A stretch of 64,000 bases of DNA from Candidatus Gastranaerophilales bacterium (GTDB lineage: Bacteria > Cyanobacteriota > Vampirovibrionia > Gastranaerophilales > Gastranaerophilaceae), in contig CALUSI010000010.1 in NCBI GenBank assembly GCA_944323395.1, forward strand, positions 9,359 through 73,358. The letters are read 5' to 3'. Below, piece after piece: positions 48,855 to 57,037 of the stretch. A program made the translations under genes and the position numbers. Under the pieces are notes generated by a model that worked only from the letters and a program-made list of their open reading frames with translations, searched no databases and was not told where the DNA came from. Positions within the stretch are counted from its first letter, which is position 1; every line of letters starts with the position of its first letter.

Positions 48855-49563
48855 AATTATATTCTCTGATTTTGACGGAGTATTGTTTGATTCTGTAAAA
48901 GAAGCATATATATTATCTAGATATGCGTATGATAATATAGACTTCAAGTCAGAAATAAATGAAATAGAATATCAGCTTTTTAAAAAATATAGATATTTAA
49001 TTACTCATAGTTGGCAGTTCTATATAATTTTTAAGTTAATCAAACAAAAGATAAATGATGAAGAGTTTGAATTACATTATAATAATCTTATTTCGGCCAA
49101 AATAAAGAAAGAAGCATCAAAATTTGATGAAAAATATGTACAAGGAAGAGAATTATTATTAAAAACGGATTATAAATTTTGGGATAGCTTAGATATTCCA
49201 TTTGATTTTTTTTATGAATTAAAAAAAATAGTTGATAAAAAAGATAATAAGATTTTTATTCTTACAAATAAAAAAAAGTTACCAGTATCGAATAAATTAA
49301 AAAAATATGGTGCAGATAAGTTTAATATATTTGCGCAAGAAGATTTAACAAAATATAAAAATAAAGCCGAATTTATAAACGAATATATGTATATAAATAA
49401 GCTTAAAAATGCTATTCTAATTGAAGATAGTATAGATAACATAAATGAATGTAATAAATATCAAAATATAAAAACGATTCTGGTAGACTGGGGATATATT
49501 TCTCCCAAAGAGAAAGGCAAAAGTCTAAAAGATGTATTAAAAATAATACAGGAGGTTATATGA
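48847..49563 (+). CDS. HAD-superfamily hydrolase (probable sugar-phosphate phosphatase)
   Basis: Motif I FSDFDGVLFDS, motif II ILTNK, and a C-terminal EDS acidic motif. GTG start overlaps the upstream stop by 8 nt. Confidence 0.7.
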   Translation: MYKIIFSDFDGVLFDSVKEAYILSRYAYDNIDFKSEINEIEYQLFKKYRYLITHSWQFYIIFKLIKQKINDEEFELHYNNLISAKIKKEASKFDEKYVQGRELLLKTDYKFWDSLDIPFDFFYELKKIVDKKDNKIFILTNKKKLPVSNKLKKYGADKFNIFAQEDLTKYKNKAEFINEYMYINKLKNAILIEDSIDNINECNKYQNIKTILVDWGYISPKEKGKSLKDVLKIIQEVI

Positions 49564-50306
49564 AAATAATAGGTATAATACCAGCAAGATATCAGTCAAG
49601 CCGATTTGAAGGAAAACCACTTGCCGATATATTAGGGAAACCTATGATATGGTGGGTTTATCAGCAAGCAATAAAAGTGAAATATTTAGATGAAGTTTAC
49701 GTAGCTACAGATGATGTAAGAATAGAAAAAGCCTGTAAAGATAATAATATTAATGTTATTATGACCTCCTCTGAACATAAGACAGGAACTGACAGAATTG
49801 GTGAAGTTGCTCGAAAAATAAAAGCTGATTTATATGTTAATATTCAAGGCGATGAACCAATGATTGAGCCTGAAACAATATCAAAGGCCATTATTCCTTT
49901 TCTTGAAAATAAAAATTTGCAAGTATCTAATTTAATGACTAAAATTAAAGATCCTGTTGATGTTGTTAACTTCACAGTTCCAAAAGTAATTACAAATAAA
50001 GATAATATAGGAATATATTTAACTAGAAGTACAACTCCATATCCAAAAGGCAGTATAGATTATTCATATTATAAGCAAGTATGTGTATATGGGTTTACTC
50101 CTGAAGCATTAGAGTTTTATTGTAATAATCCAAGAGGAAAAATAGAACAAATAGAAGATATAGAAATATTGAGATTTATAGAGGCCGGTTATAAGGTTCA
50201 ATATATAGAAGTAGATAGTGATACAGTAGCAGTTGATACAAAAAAAGATTTAGAAAAAGTAAGATTCTTAATGAAAGAAAAATATAATAGAGGAATAAAT
50301 GAATAA
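49560..50306 (+). CDS. kdsB: 3-deoxy-manno-octulosonate (or related ulosonic acid) cytidylyltransferase
   Basis: IIPARYQSSRFEGKPLADILGKPMIWWV...TGTDRIGEVA...NIQGDEPMIEPETI closely parallels E. coli KdsB motifs as recalled. Confidence 0.85.
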   Translation: MKIIGIIPARYQSSRFEGKPLADILGKPMIWWVYQQAIKVKYLDEVYVATDDVRIEKACKDNNINVIMTSSEHKTGTDRIGEVARKIKADLYVNIQGDEPMIEPETISKAIIPFLENKNLQVSNLMTKIKDPVDVVNFTVPKVITNKDNIGIYLTRSTTPYPKGSIDYSYYKQVCVYGFTPEALEFYCNNPRGKIEQIEDIEILRFIEAGYKVQYIEVDSDTVAVDTKKDLEKVRFLMKEKYNRGINE

Positions 50307-51852
50307 TATTAGAATTTTAGACTGTACCCTAAGAGACGGTGGATACGTCAATAACTGGAATTTTAAAGAAAATAATATAAAATTTATAATAGAACATTTA
50401 GTTCAATCAGGATGTGACTATATTGAGTGCGGTTTTCTAAAAAAAATACCTTATGATAAAGATAAATCATTATTTAACTGTTTTCAACAATTAGACAATA
50501 TACTACCAAATACATCTAAAACAAAATTTACCCTTATGATTAACTATGGAGAAATTCCAATAGAGGATATTCCTTCTTGTAATACTAAAATAAATCTTAG
50601 AATAGTATTTAAAAAAGAGAAAAGAAATGAGGCTGTTGAATATTGTAAGAAACTAGTGGCAAAGGGATATAGCATATTTGTAAATCCAATGAGTTCAAAT
50701 ACATATTCAAGTGCAGAGTTTTTAGATTTAATAAATAAAGTAAATGAGATAAATCCTGTAGGATTCACAATTGTAGATACAACAGGCGCAATGAGCAAAA
50801 AAGATACGTTAGCTTTATATTATTTAATTGAAAATAACTTGAATAAAAATATTGCTCTATGCTTTCATTCGCATAATAATTTACAGCTATCTTTTTCAAA
50901 TGCACAAATATTGATGGAACAAAATACAAATAGGACAATTATTATTGATTCAACTGTTTTTGGAATGGGGCGTGGAGCGGGAAATCTTTGTACCGAACTT
51001 TTAGTAAAATATATTAATGATAATCATAATGGTAATTATGAATTAATTCCAATACTAAAAATAATAGATGAACAAATTGCAAAAATATTTGCTGTTTCGC
51101 CTTGGGGTTATTCTGTTCCGTATTATATAGCAGCGTCTATGCATTGTCACCCAAACTATGCAAAGTATTTAATAGACAAACAAACTGTTCCTGTCGAACT
51201 TATAACCCAAATATTAAATAAAATTCCATATGATAAGAGAGGAACATATGATGTAAATGTAGTTGAAGATTTATACTATTCAACATTAAATTGTTTGGTC
51301 GATGATGCTGAATCCTTAGAAAAATTAACAAAATTATTAAAAGATAAGAAAATTCTTGTTCTTGCATCTGGCAAAAGTATTGTTGATGAAGAAGAAAAAA
51401 TTAATAATTTTATTGAGAATGAAAAACCTTTTATTATTTCATTAAATTATATTCCAAAAAACTATAATCCGAATGTTGTTTTTATAACAAATATAAAAAG
51501 ATACAATAGTATAGGCAAAATTAATATACCTTGTATTACAACATCTAACGTTAAACAAGATTCAGACTATAAATTAAATTATTTATCTTATGTTGATGAA
51601 AGTAGTGTTGGAGACAATGTAGCTTTAATTTTGTTCCGTCTTCTTATAAAAATAGGCATTAGAAGTATTTCAATTGCTGGATTTGATGGATATTCTGAAA
51701 ATTCTCAAGAAAACTATGCAGATACGGATTTAATCAATCTTGAATCAATTAATGATATTTATATAAAAAATCAGAAAATAAAGAACTATTTGAATAGTAT
51801 AGAAGGTAAATTGGAAATTAATTTTATAACAAAGTCCATATATATAAATTAA
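50299..51852 (+). CDS. DRE-TIM metallolyase (HMGL-like, DmpG-type pyruvate aldolase) fused to a C-terminal Cst/DUF115-like module
   Basis: N-terminal ILDCTLRDGGY, FHSHNNLQLS, and the DSTVFGMGRGAGN metal/substrate motifs of HMGL-like aldolases. The C-terminal 170 aa carries ILVLASGKS and ISIAGFDGYS. Confidence 0.65.
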   Translation: MNNIRILDCTLRDGGYVNNWNFKENNIKFIIEHLVQSGCDYIECGFLKKIPYDKDKSLFNCFQQLDNILPNTSKTKFTLMINYGEIPIEDIPSCNTKINLRIVFKKEKRNEAVEYCKKLVAKGYSIFVNPMSSNTYSSAEFLDLINKVNEINPVGFTIVDTTGAMSKKDTLALYYLIENNLNKNIALCFHSHNNLQLSFSNAQILMEQNTNRTIIIDSTVFGMGRGAGNLCTELLVKYINDNHNGNYELIPILKIIDEQIAKIFAVSPWGYSVPYYIAASMHCHPNYAKYLIDKQTVPVELITQILNKIPYDKRGTYDVNVVEDLYYSTLNCLVDDAESLEKLTKLLKDKKILVLASGKSIVDEEEKINNFIENEKPFIISLNYIPKNYNPNVVFITNIKRYNSIGKINIPCITTSNVKQDSDYKLNYLSYVDESSVGDNVALILFRLLIKIGIRSISIAGFDGYSENSQENYADTDLINLESINDIYIKNQKIKNYLNSIEGKLEINFITKSIYIN

Positions 51853-51880
51853 AAGTCATATTACTATAAAATAGACAAAT

Positions 51881-51894
51881 TTTATTATACAATT
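51881..51894 (+). promoter_or_regulatory. conserved box TTTATTATACAATT upstream of paralog C (candidate extended -10)
   Basis: An identical 14-mer recurs at 53081-53094. A related TTTTATACAAT lies at 45704-45714, and ATATACAAT lies on the minus strand within IRL. Confidence 0.3.
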
Positions 51895-51970
51895 TGATAA
51901 ATAAAAAGAATTATAGATTTATATATAATTCTAGTATTTTATGGAATATAAAACAACAAGAGAGTATAAA

Positions 51971-53011
51971 ATGCAGAAGATAAAACTTTTTGTTTCTTAT
52001 AAAGACGAACATAGAATAATAAAATCAGATATTATTACCCCTATCCAGACTGGGCGAGCAAGTGCAAACTCCGTTTTTAAGGGAATGCTTGGTGATGATA
52101 CAGGAGAAAATATTTCGATTGAAAATAATAAATATTGTGAATTAACTGCACAATACTGGGTATGGAAAAATTATGAAAAAATTGGCAATCCTGAGTATGT
52201 AGGATTTATGCACTATCGCAGGCATTTTATATTTGATAAAAAATTTGATATATCGAGCAAAGAAAGATGGCTTCCAGGTATTGATATCTTTATGACTGAA
52301 ACTTTTGATGAAGAATGTAATAAAAACCTTATAGATGAAAATATAATAAAGGTTATAAATGAAAATGCCGATTGTTATGCAATAAAACCTTATGATGTCC
52401 GTTTATATTTCAATAATAATTTATATATGAAGGAACACTATATTTCCACTATTAATGGTGCAAAACGTATCATATATGATACTCTTTACAATGTAGTTAT
52501 AGAATTATATCCAGAATATAAGACTATCATAGATAAATTTACTTATGGTTCAAAAATGAATTGTTGCAACATGTTTATTATGAAAAAAGATTTATTTTTT
52601 GAATACTCAGATTTCTGTTTTAAAATTTTAAAAGAAATTGACAAACGAATTAATTGTTATTTATGTAGTGATGAAAAACAACGTTATCTTGGATATATAG
52701 GTGAGTATCTATTAACGCTTTACATAATTCATCTTGAAGAGCAAAAGAAAAATGTAAAATATTTAAATACACTATTAATAAAAGATATTGATGAAAAAAA
52801 AGTAAGAAAATTTTTTAGTATTCAAAAGACGCCTAGACATTATATTTATAGTATTGGTGGAATAAAAATTAGAATAAAACGCGCATATCAAAAAGCAAAA
52901 TTAGATTTAATATTAGAAAAACTGGAACTACAGCAAAATTATATTAATAGACTTGAAAATAAGATAACAGAGCTACAAGAAGAGTTAATTGTAAAAAAAC
53001 ATAGAAATTAA
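51971..53011 (+). CDS. DUF4422-type glycosyltransferase-like protein with coiled-coil tail (paralog C)
   Basis: Same N-terminal signature (LFVSYK..PIQTGRA..ENISIENNKYCELTAQYWVWKN..VGFMHYRR). ATG 51971 is preceded by AGAGAG. Confidence 0.8.
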   Translation: MQKIKLFVSYKDEHRIIKSDIITPIQTGRASANSVFKGMLGDDTGENISIENNKYCELTAQYWVWKNYEKIGNPEYVGFMHYRRHFIFDKKFDISSKERWLPGIDIFMTETFDEECNKNLIDENIIKVINENADCYAIKPYDVRLYFNNNLYMKEHYISTINGAKRIIYDTLYNVVIELYPEYKTIIDKFTYGSKMNCCNMFIMKKDLFFEYSDFCFKILKEIDKRINCYLCSDEKQRYLGYIGEYLLTLYIIHLEEQKKNVKYLNTLLIKDIDEKKVRKFFSIQKTPRHYIYSIGGIKIRIKRAYQKAKLDLILEKLELQQNYINRLENKITELQEELIVKKHRN

Positions 53012-53080
53012 TTATAAATATGGATTTATATTAATTTGCATTATAGAAATAGATGACTGGTTACTTTTAAATACAATAAG

Positions 53081-53094
53081 TTTATTATACAATT
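53081..53094 (+). promoter_or_regulatory. conserved box TTTATTATACAATT upstream of paralog D
   Basis: Identical to 51881-51894, exactly 1200 bp away. Confidence 0.3.
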
Positions 53095-53152
53095 AAGCAT
53101 ACGTAAAAATTCATAGATAAAGATAAAAATAAAATAAGCAAGAAAGAGTTTG

Positions 53153-55036
53153 ATGCCAAAAATTAAGATATTTGTTTCTTATAAAGATAAGCATAAAATA
53201 ATAAAGTCAGATATTATTACTCCAATTCAAACAGGTCGTGCTATAGCTGAAGAAGTTTTTGAAGGGATGATTGGTGATGATACAGGTGATAATATTTCAG
53301 TTTTAAATAACAGATTTTGTGAAACAACAGCAATATATTGGGTTTGGAAAAATTATGAACAAATCGAGAATCCAGATTATGTTGGATTTATGCATTATCG
53401 CAGGCATTTTTTGTATGGAGAAAAAAATTATAACACTAACTATTATGGATTAGTAAAATATGAAAAACTAAATCAAGAATATTTAGAAGAGAATATAACT
53501 GATGAGAATATAAAAAATATAGTAGAGAAATATGATGTAATTATTCCAAGACGTATTACAAATTTTGAAATTAATGGTTTAAAGAATAATTATAAACAAT
53601 ATAAAAAATCTCATAATATTGATGATTTGGACAAAGCACTTAATATTCTTACAGATAAATATCCTGAATATAAAAAATATGTAGAAGAATATAAAAATAG
53701 CAATTATGCATATTACTTAAATATGTTCATAATGAGAAAAGATATATTTTTTGAATATTGTAATTGGCTATTTTCTATATTATTTGAATTGCGTTATACT
53801 ATTATTCCAACCTCTGACAATTATCAAAATAGAGTTATTGGCTTTATTTCAGAGAGATTGACAGATATATTTTTTAGGAAGCTGTATGATGACAAATACA
53901 GAATGAAAGAATTACCAATCAGTTATATAGAGTGTGTAGAAGAAAATTCCGACATTGAAAAATCAAATCTTGGGGAAAACAATATTATACCAATTGTTTT
54001 TTCAACCGATTTTAAGTTCTTCCCATATTTAAGTGTATGTTTACAATCTATTAAAGATAATATAAATTCTAACTATAAATATGAAATAAATATTTTAGAA
54101 AGAGGGCTTACTCCTAATAATAAAAATTTTTTAAAGAATCAAATGAGCTCTGATAACTTTGTTATTAAATTTTATAATGTTGAAAAGTTATTAGAGAAGT
54201 TTTCTTCACCACAAAATTTACAACATATTTCTGTTGACACATATTCCAGATTTTTTATCCCATCAATACTAAACGCTTATGAAAAATGCATTTATTTAGA
54301 TGGAGATACAATAGTTAGGGATGATTTAGCAAAGTTATATCAGACTCCTTTAAACGGAAAAACAATTGGGGCCTCTGTTTGCGCAGTAATTTCAGCTTGG
54401 ACTAATATAGATAAAGAAATAAAAGATTATATAAATAAAACAATTGGCATAAGCGATAATTCAAAATATTTTCAAGCCGGTGTACTAATTCTCAATTTAA
54501 AGAAAATGAGAGAAAATAATTCACAAGAAAAACTTATAGAACTAGCTAGTAAAAAAAAGTGGAAATTTGCTGATCAAGATATTCTGAATAAACTATATAA
54601 AGATGATGTTCAGTATATAGATATGGCTTGGAATTATGAATATGAACACAGTGATATGCGAAAAGCGCAATATAAGGAAATGATGCCGCTAAGTATATTA
54701 CAGGAATATATTAACGCTAAAAAGAATCCTAAAATTATACATTTTCAAGGGCAAAGAAAACCATGGCTGTGGCAAGATGAAGAATTTGCTTCAATATGGT
54801 GGAATTATGCAAGAAAATCAAGTTTATATGAGCAATTTATAGTAAACATGATAGATAATCGAAAAAATTATCAAATGGAAAATATTAAACTTTATAAAAA
54901 ATATAAATTTAAGTTTTTAAAATATAAAATACTACGAAATGTTTTTTGGGGAAAGATTCGTAAAAAGTATATAATAAAAAAGAATGTGTATAAAGATAAA
55001 TTAATAGAGATAAAAAGATTAATAGGAAATTTATAA
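53153..55036 (+). CDS. DUF4422-type + GT8 two-module glycosyltransferase (paralog D)
   Basis: N-terminal signature as in A-C. GT8 with YLDGDTIVRDD and IHFQGQRKPW. Basic amphipathic C-terminal tail like paralog B. Confidence 0.82.
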   Translation: MPKIKIFVSYKDKHKIIKSDIITPIQTGRAIAEEVFEGMIGDDTGDNISVLNNRFCETTAIYWVWKNYEQIENPDYVGFMHYRRHFLYGEKNYNTNYYGLVKYEKLNQEYLEENITDENIKNIVEKYDVIIPRRITNFEINGLKNNYKQYKKSHNIDDLDKALNILTDKYPEYKKYVEEYKNSNYAYYLNMFIMRKDIFFEYCNWLFSILFELRYTIIPTSDNYQNRVIGFISERLTDIFFRKLYDDKYRMKELPISYIECVEENSDIEKSNLGENNIIPIVFSTDFKFFPYLSVCLQSIKDNINSNYKYEINILERGLTPNNKNFLKNQMSSDNFVIKFYNVEKLLEKFSSPQNLQHISVDTYSRFFIPSILNAYEKCIYLDGDTIVRDDLAKLYQTPLNGKTIGASVCAVISAWTNIDKEIKDYINKTIGISDNSKYFQAGVLILNLKKMRENNSQEKLIELASKKKWKFADQDILNKLYKDDVQYIDMAWNYEYEHSDMRKAQYKEMMPLSILQEYINAKKNPKIIHFQGQRKPWLWQDEEFASIWWNYARKSSLYEQFIVNMIDNRKNYQMENIKLYKKYKFKFLKYKILRNVFWGKIRKKYIIKKNVYKDKLIEIKRLIGNL

Positions 55037-55042
55037 AAGAGA

Positions 55043-56827
55043 ATGAGAATTAGTCAATTTCTAAGTTTTATAAAAAACAGTCGCGCTTATATAAATTACA
55101 TGAGAATGTGGCCATACGTTAAACCCATTTGGTTTAGAGCAATGTTATCTATGTTGATTTGTATTCCAATTGGTTCATTGGATGCAGTAATTGCTTTAGC
55201 GCTAAAGCCATATATGGATTTAGTAATGGTAGAAAAGAATTTGTATTCACCTTGGTATATTCCACTTGGTATAGTTGCCTTCACATCTATTCAAGGGGTT
55301 TTAAAATATTTATCATCATATCTGTCTACTTGGGTTGGAATGAAGATAACAAATGGACTAAAATTCGATTTATATAAAAAGCTTCTAACACTTCCGACTT
55401 CATTTTATGATAAGCGTAACTCTGGTGATATAGTATTTCAATTTAATAATATGGCAGATAGTGCTTGTTCCGGTTTATTATCAAATTTAAGCATTTTTAT
55501 TCAAAGGATTTTTTCTTCAATTTCACTTGTTGCTGTTCTTTTCTATAATTCTTGGCAATTGGCACTAATAGCTATATTTGTATTAGGTTGTGCATTTGCT
55601 CCTGTTGCAAAATTACAAAAATTAATTAAAGAAGTTATGGAAAAGTCTGTTGTTGCCGATGCTTCAATAATAACAGCTTATAATGAAACATATGCAGGAA
55701 ATAAAACTATAATTTCTTATAACTTAGAAAATACCGAAATTAATAAATTTGATTGGATTTTAAAAAATATCTTTAAACTTAGAATAAAAATGGTACAAAA
55801 GACTCAGTGGTTGTCACCATTTATGCATGTAATAGTTTCTATTGGAATAGCTGCTGCAATAGGTTATGGTAGTCATTTGATTTTAACAGAACAAATTACA
55901 GCAGGTAACTTTGTTTCATTCATAACTGCATTAATTCTTTTGTATACTCCTGTAAAGAATATTGGCAACAATTTAAATGCAGTCCAAATGTCATTTTTTG
56001 CAATCGAACAAATTTTTGAAAAATTAGCAATAATCCCTTCTATAAGAAATAAAGAAAATGCAAAAATTCTTTCACCTGACTATTCAAAAATTATATTTAA
56101 AAATGTAAATTTTGAATATGTTTCTCAAAGACCTGTTTTGAAAAATATAAATTTAGAAATAAAAAAAGGTGAAACTATAGCATTAGTTGGAAATTCTGGT
56201 GGTGGAAAAACAACAATAGTAAATTTATTGCCACGTTTTTATGATGTCGTTAGTGGTAATATATATATTGATGATATAGATATTAGAGATTATACATTGG
56301 AAAGTCTTAGAAATAATATTTCAGTAGTCTTTCAAGATAACTTTTTATTCTCAGGCACTATTAAAGAAAATATTTTATTTGGTAAACTAAATGCAACAGA
56401 TGAGGAAATTCAAAATGCAGTAAAAATGGCATATTTGGATGATTTTCTAATAACACTAAAAGATGGAATAAATACGCAAATTGGCGAACGAGGCATTCTA
56501 CTATCAGGAGGTCAAAAACAACGTGTTGCAATAGCTAGAGCATTCATAAAAAATGCTCCTATAGTAATTTTAGATGAAGCAACATCCGCCTTGGACAATA
56601 AATCTGAAGCCATTGTTCAAAAGGCAATAGATAATTTGATGAAAGATAAAACAGTCTTTGTAATCGCACACAGGTTATCGACAATTCAAAATGCCGACAG
56701 AATTGCTGTAATAAATGAAGGTTCTTTAGTTGAACTTGGCAGTCATGAAGAATTAATGAAAATTCCAAACGGTAAATATAAAACATTATATGAAATGCAG
56801 TTCAAGAAACAAGCTGTAAAATCTTAG
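55043..56827 (+). CDS. ABC exporter, fused permease-ATPase (MsbA/PglK-like lipid or lipid-linked glycan flippase)
   Basis: Six-TM N-terminal half, Walker A GNSGGGKTT, signature LSGGQKQR, Walker B ILDEATSALD. Confidence 0.88.
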   Translation: MRISQFLSFIKNSRAYINYMRMWPYVKPIWFRAMLSMLICIPIGSLDAVIALALKPYMDLVMVEKNLYSPWYIPLGIVAFTSIQGVLKYLSSYLSTWVGMKITNGLKFDLYKKLLTLPTSFYDKRNSGDIVFQFNNMADSACSGLLSNLSIFIQRIFSSISLVAVLFYNSWQLALIAIFVLGCAFAPVAKLQKLIKEVMEKSVVADASIITAYNETYAGNKTIISYNLENTEINKFDWILKNIFKLRIKMVQKTQWLSPFMHVIVSIGIAAAIGYGSHLILTEQITAGNFVSFITALILLYTPVKNIGNNLNAVQMSFFAIEQIFEKLAIIPSIRNKENAKILSPDYSKIIFKNVNFEYVSQRPVLKNINLEIKKGETIALVGNSGGGKTTIVNLLPRFYDVVSGNIYIDDIDIRDYTLESLRNNISVVFQDNFLFSGTIKENILFGKLNATDEEIQNAVKMAYLDDFLITLKDGINTQIGERGILLSGGQKQRVAIARAFIKNAPIVILDEATSALDNKSEAIVQKAIDNLMKDKTVFVIAHRLSTIQNADRIAVINEGSLVELGSHEELMKIPNGKYKTLYEMQFKKQAVKS

Positions 56828-56851
56828 TTATAAATAGAAATATATAATAAA

Positions 56852-56869
56852 ACTTCCTGATAAGGAAGT
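56852..56869 (-). terminator. hairpin terminator downstream of tRNA-Arg
   Basis: ACTTCC-tgataa-GGAAGT. On the minus strand it is followed by TTTATTATATA. Confidence 0.45.
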
Positions 56870-56872
56870 CAG

Positions 56873-56949
56873 TGGCGTGCCTGGAGGGATTCGAACCCCC
56901 GACCTTTTGGTTCGTAGCCAAACACTCTATCCAGCTGAGCTACAGGCAC
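56873..56949 (-). tRNA. tRNA-Arg (anticodon ACG), CCA encoded
   Basis: Folded by hand: acceptor GTGCCTG/CAGGCAC, D-arm GCTC-AGCTGGATA-GAGT, anticodon arm TTTGG-CTACGAA-CCAAA, T-arm GGGGG-TTCGAAT-CCCTC, discriminator G plus CCA. Confidence 0.9.
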
Positions 56950-56965
56950 AAGGTTATTACTATAT

Positions 56966-56993
56966 ATATTACATCATAAATTTATATTATCAA
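56966..56993 (-). promoter_or_regulatory. candidate promoter for tRNA-Arg (TTGATA-16 nt-TAATAT, TG-extended)
   Basis: Minus strand reads cTTGATAatataaatttatgaTGTAATATatatagtaataacctt, followed by the tRNA 5' end. Confidence 0.4.
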
Positions 56994-57014
56994 GTACAAT
57001 TTCAATTAATATGC

Positions 57015-57037
57015 AAAAAAAAAGCTGCCTTGCAGCT
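57015..57037 (-). terminator. strong minus-strand rho-independent terminator (AGCTGC-aag-GCAGCT + T9) with no annotated gene upstream
   Basis: The plus strand shows A9 followed by AGCTGCCTTGCAGCT. This is a hairpin + U9 only when read on the minus strand. Confidence 0.55.
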
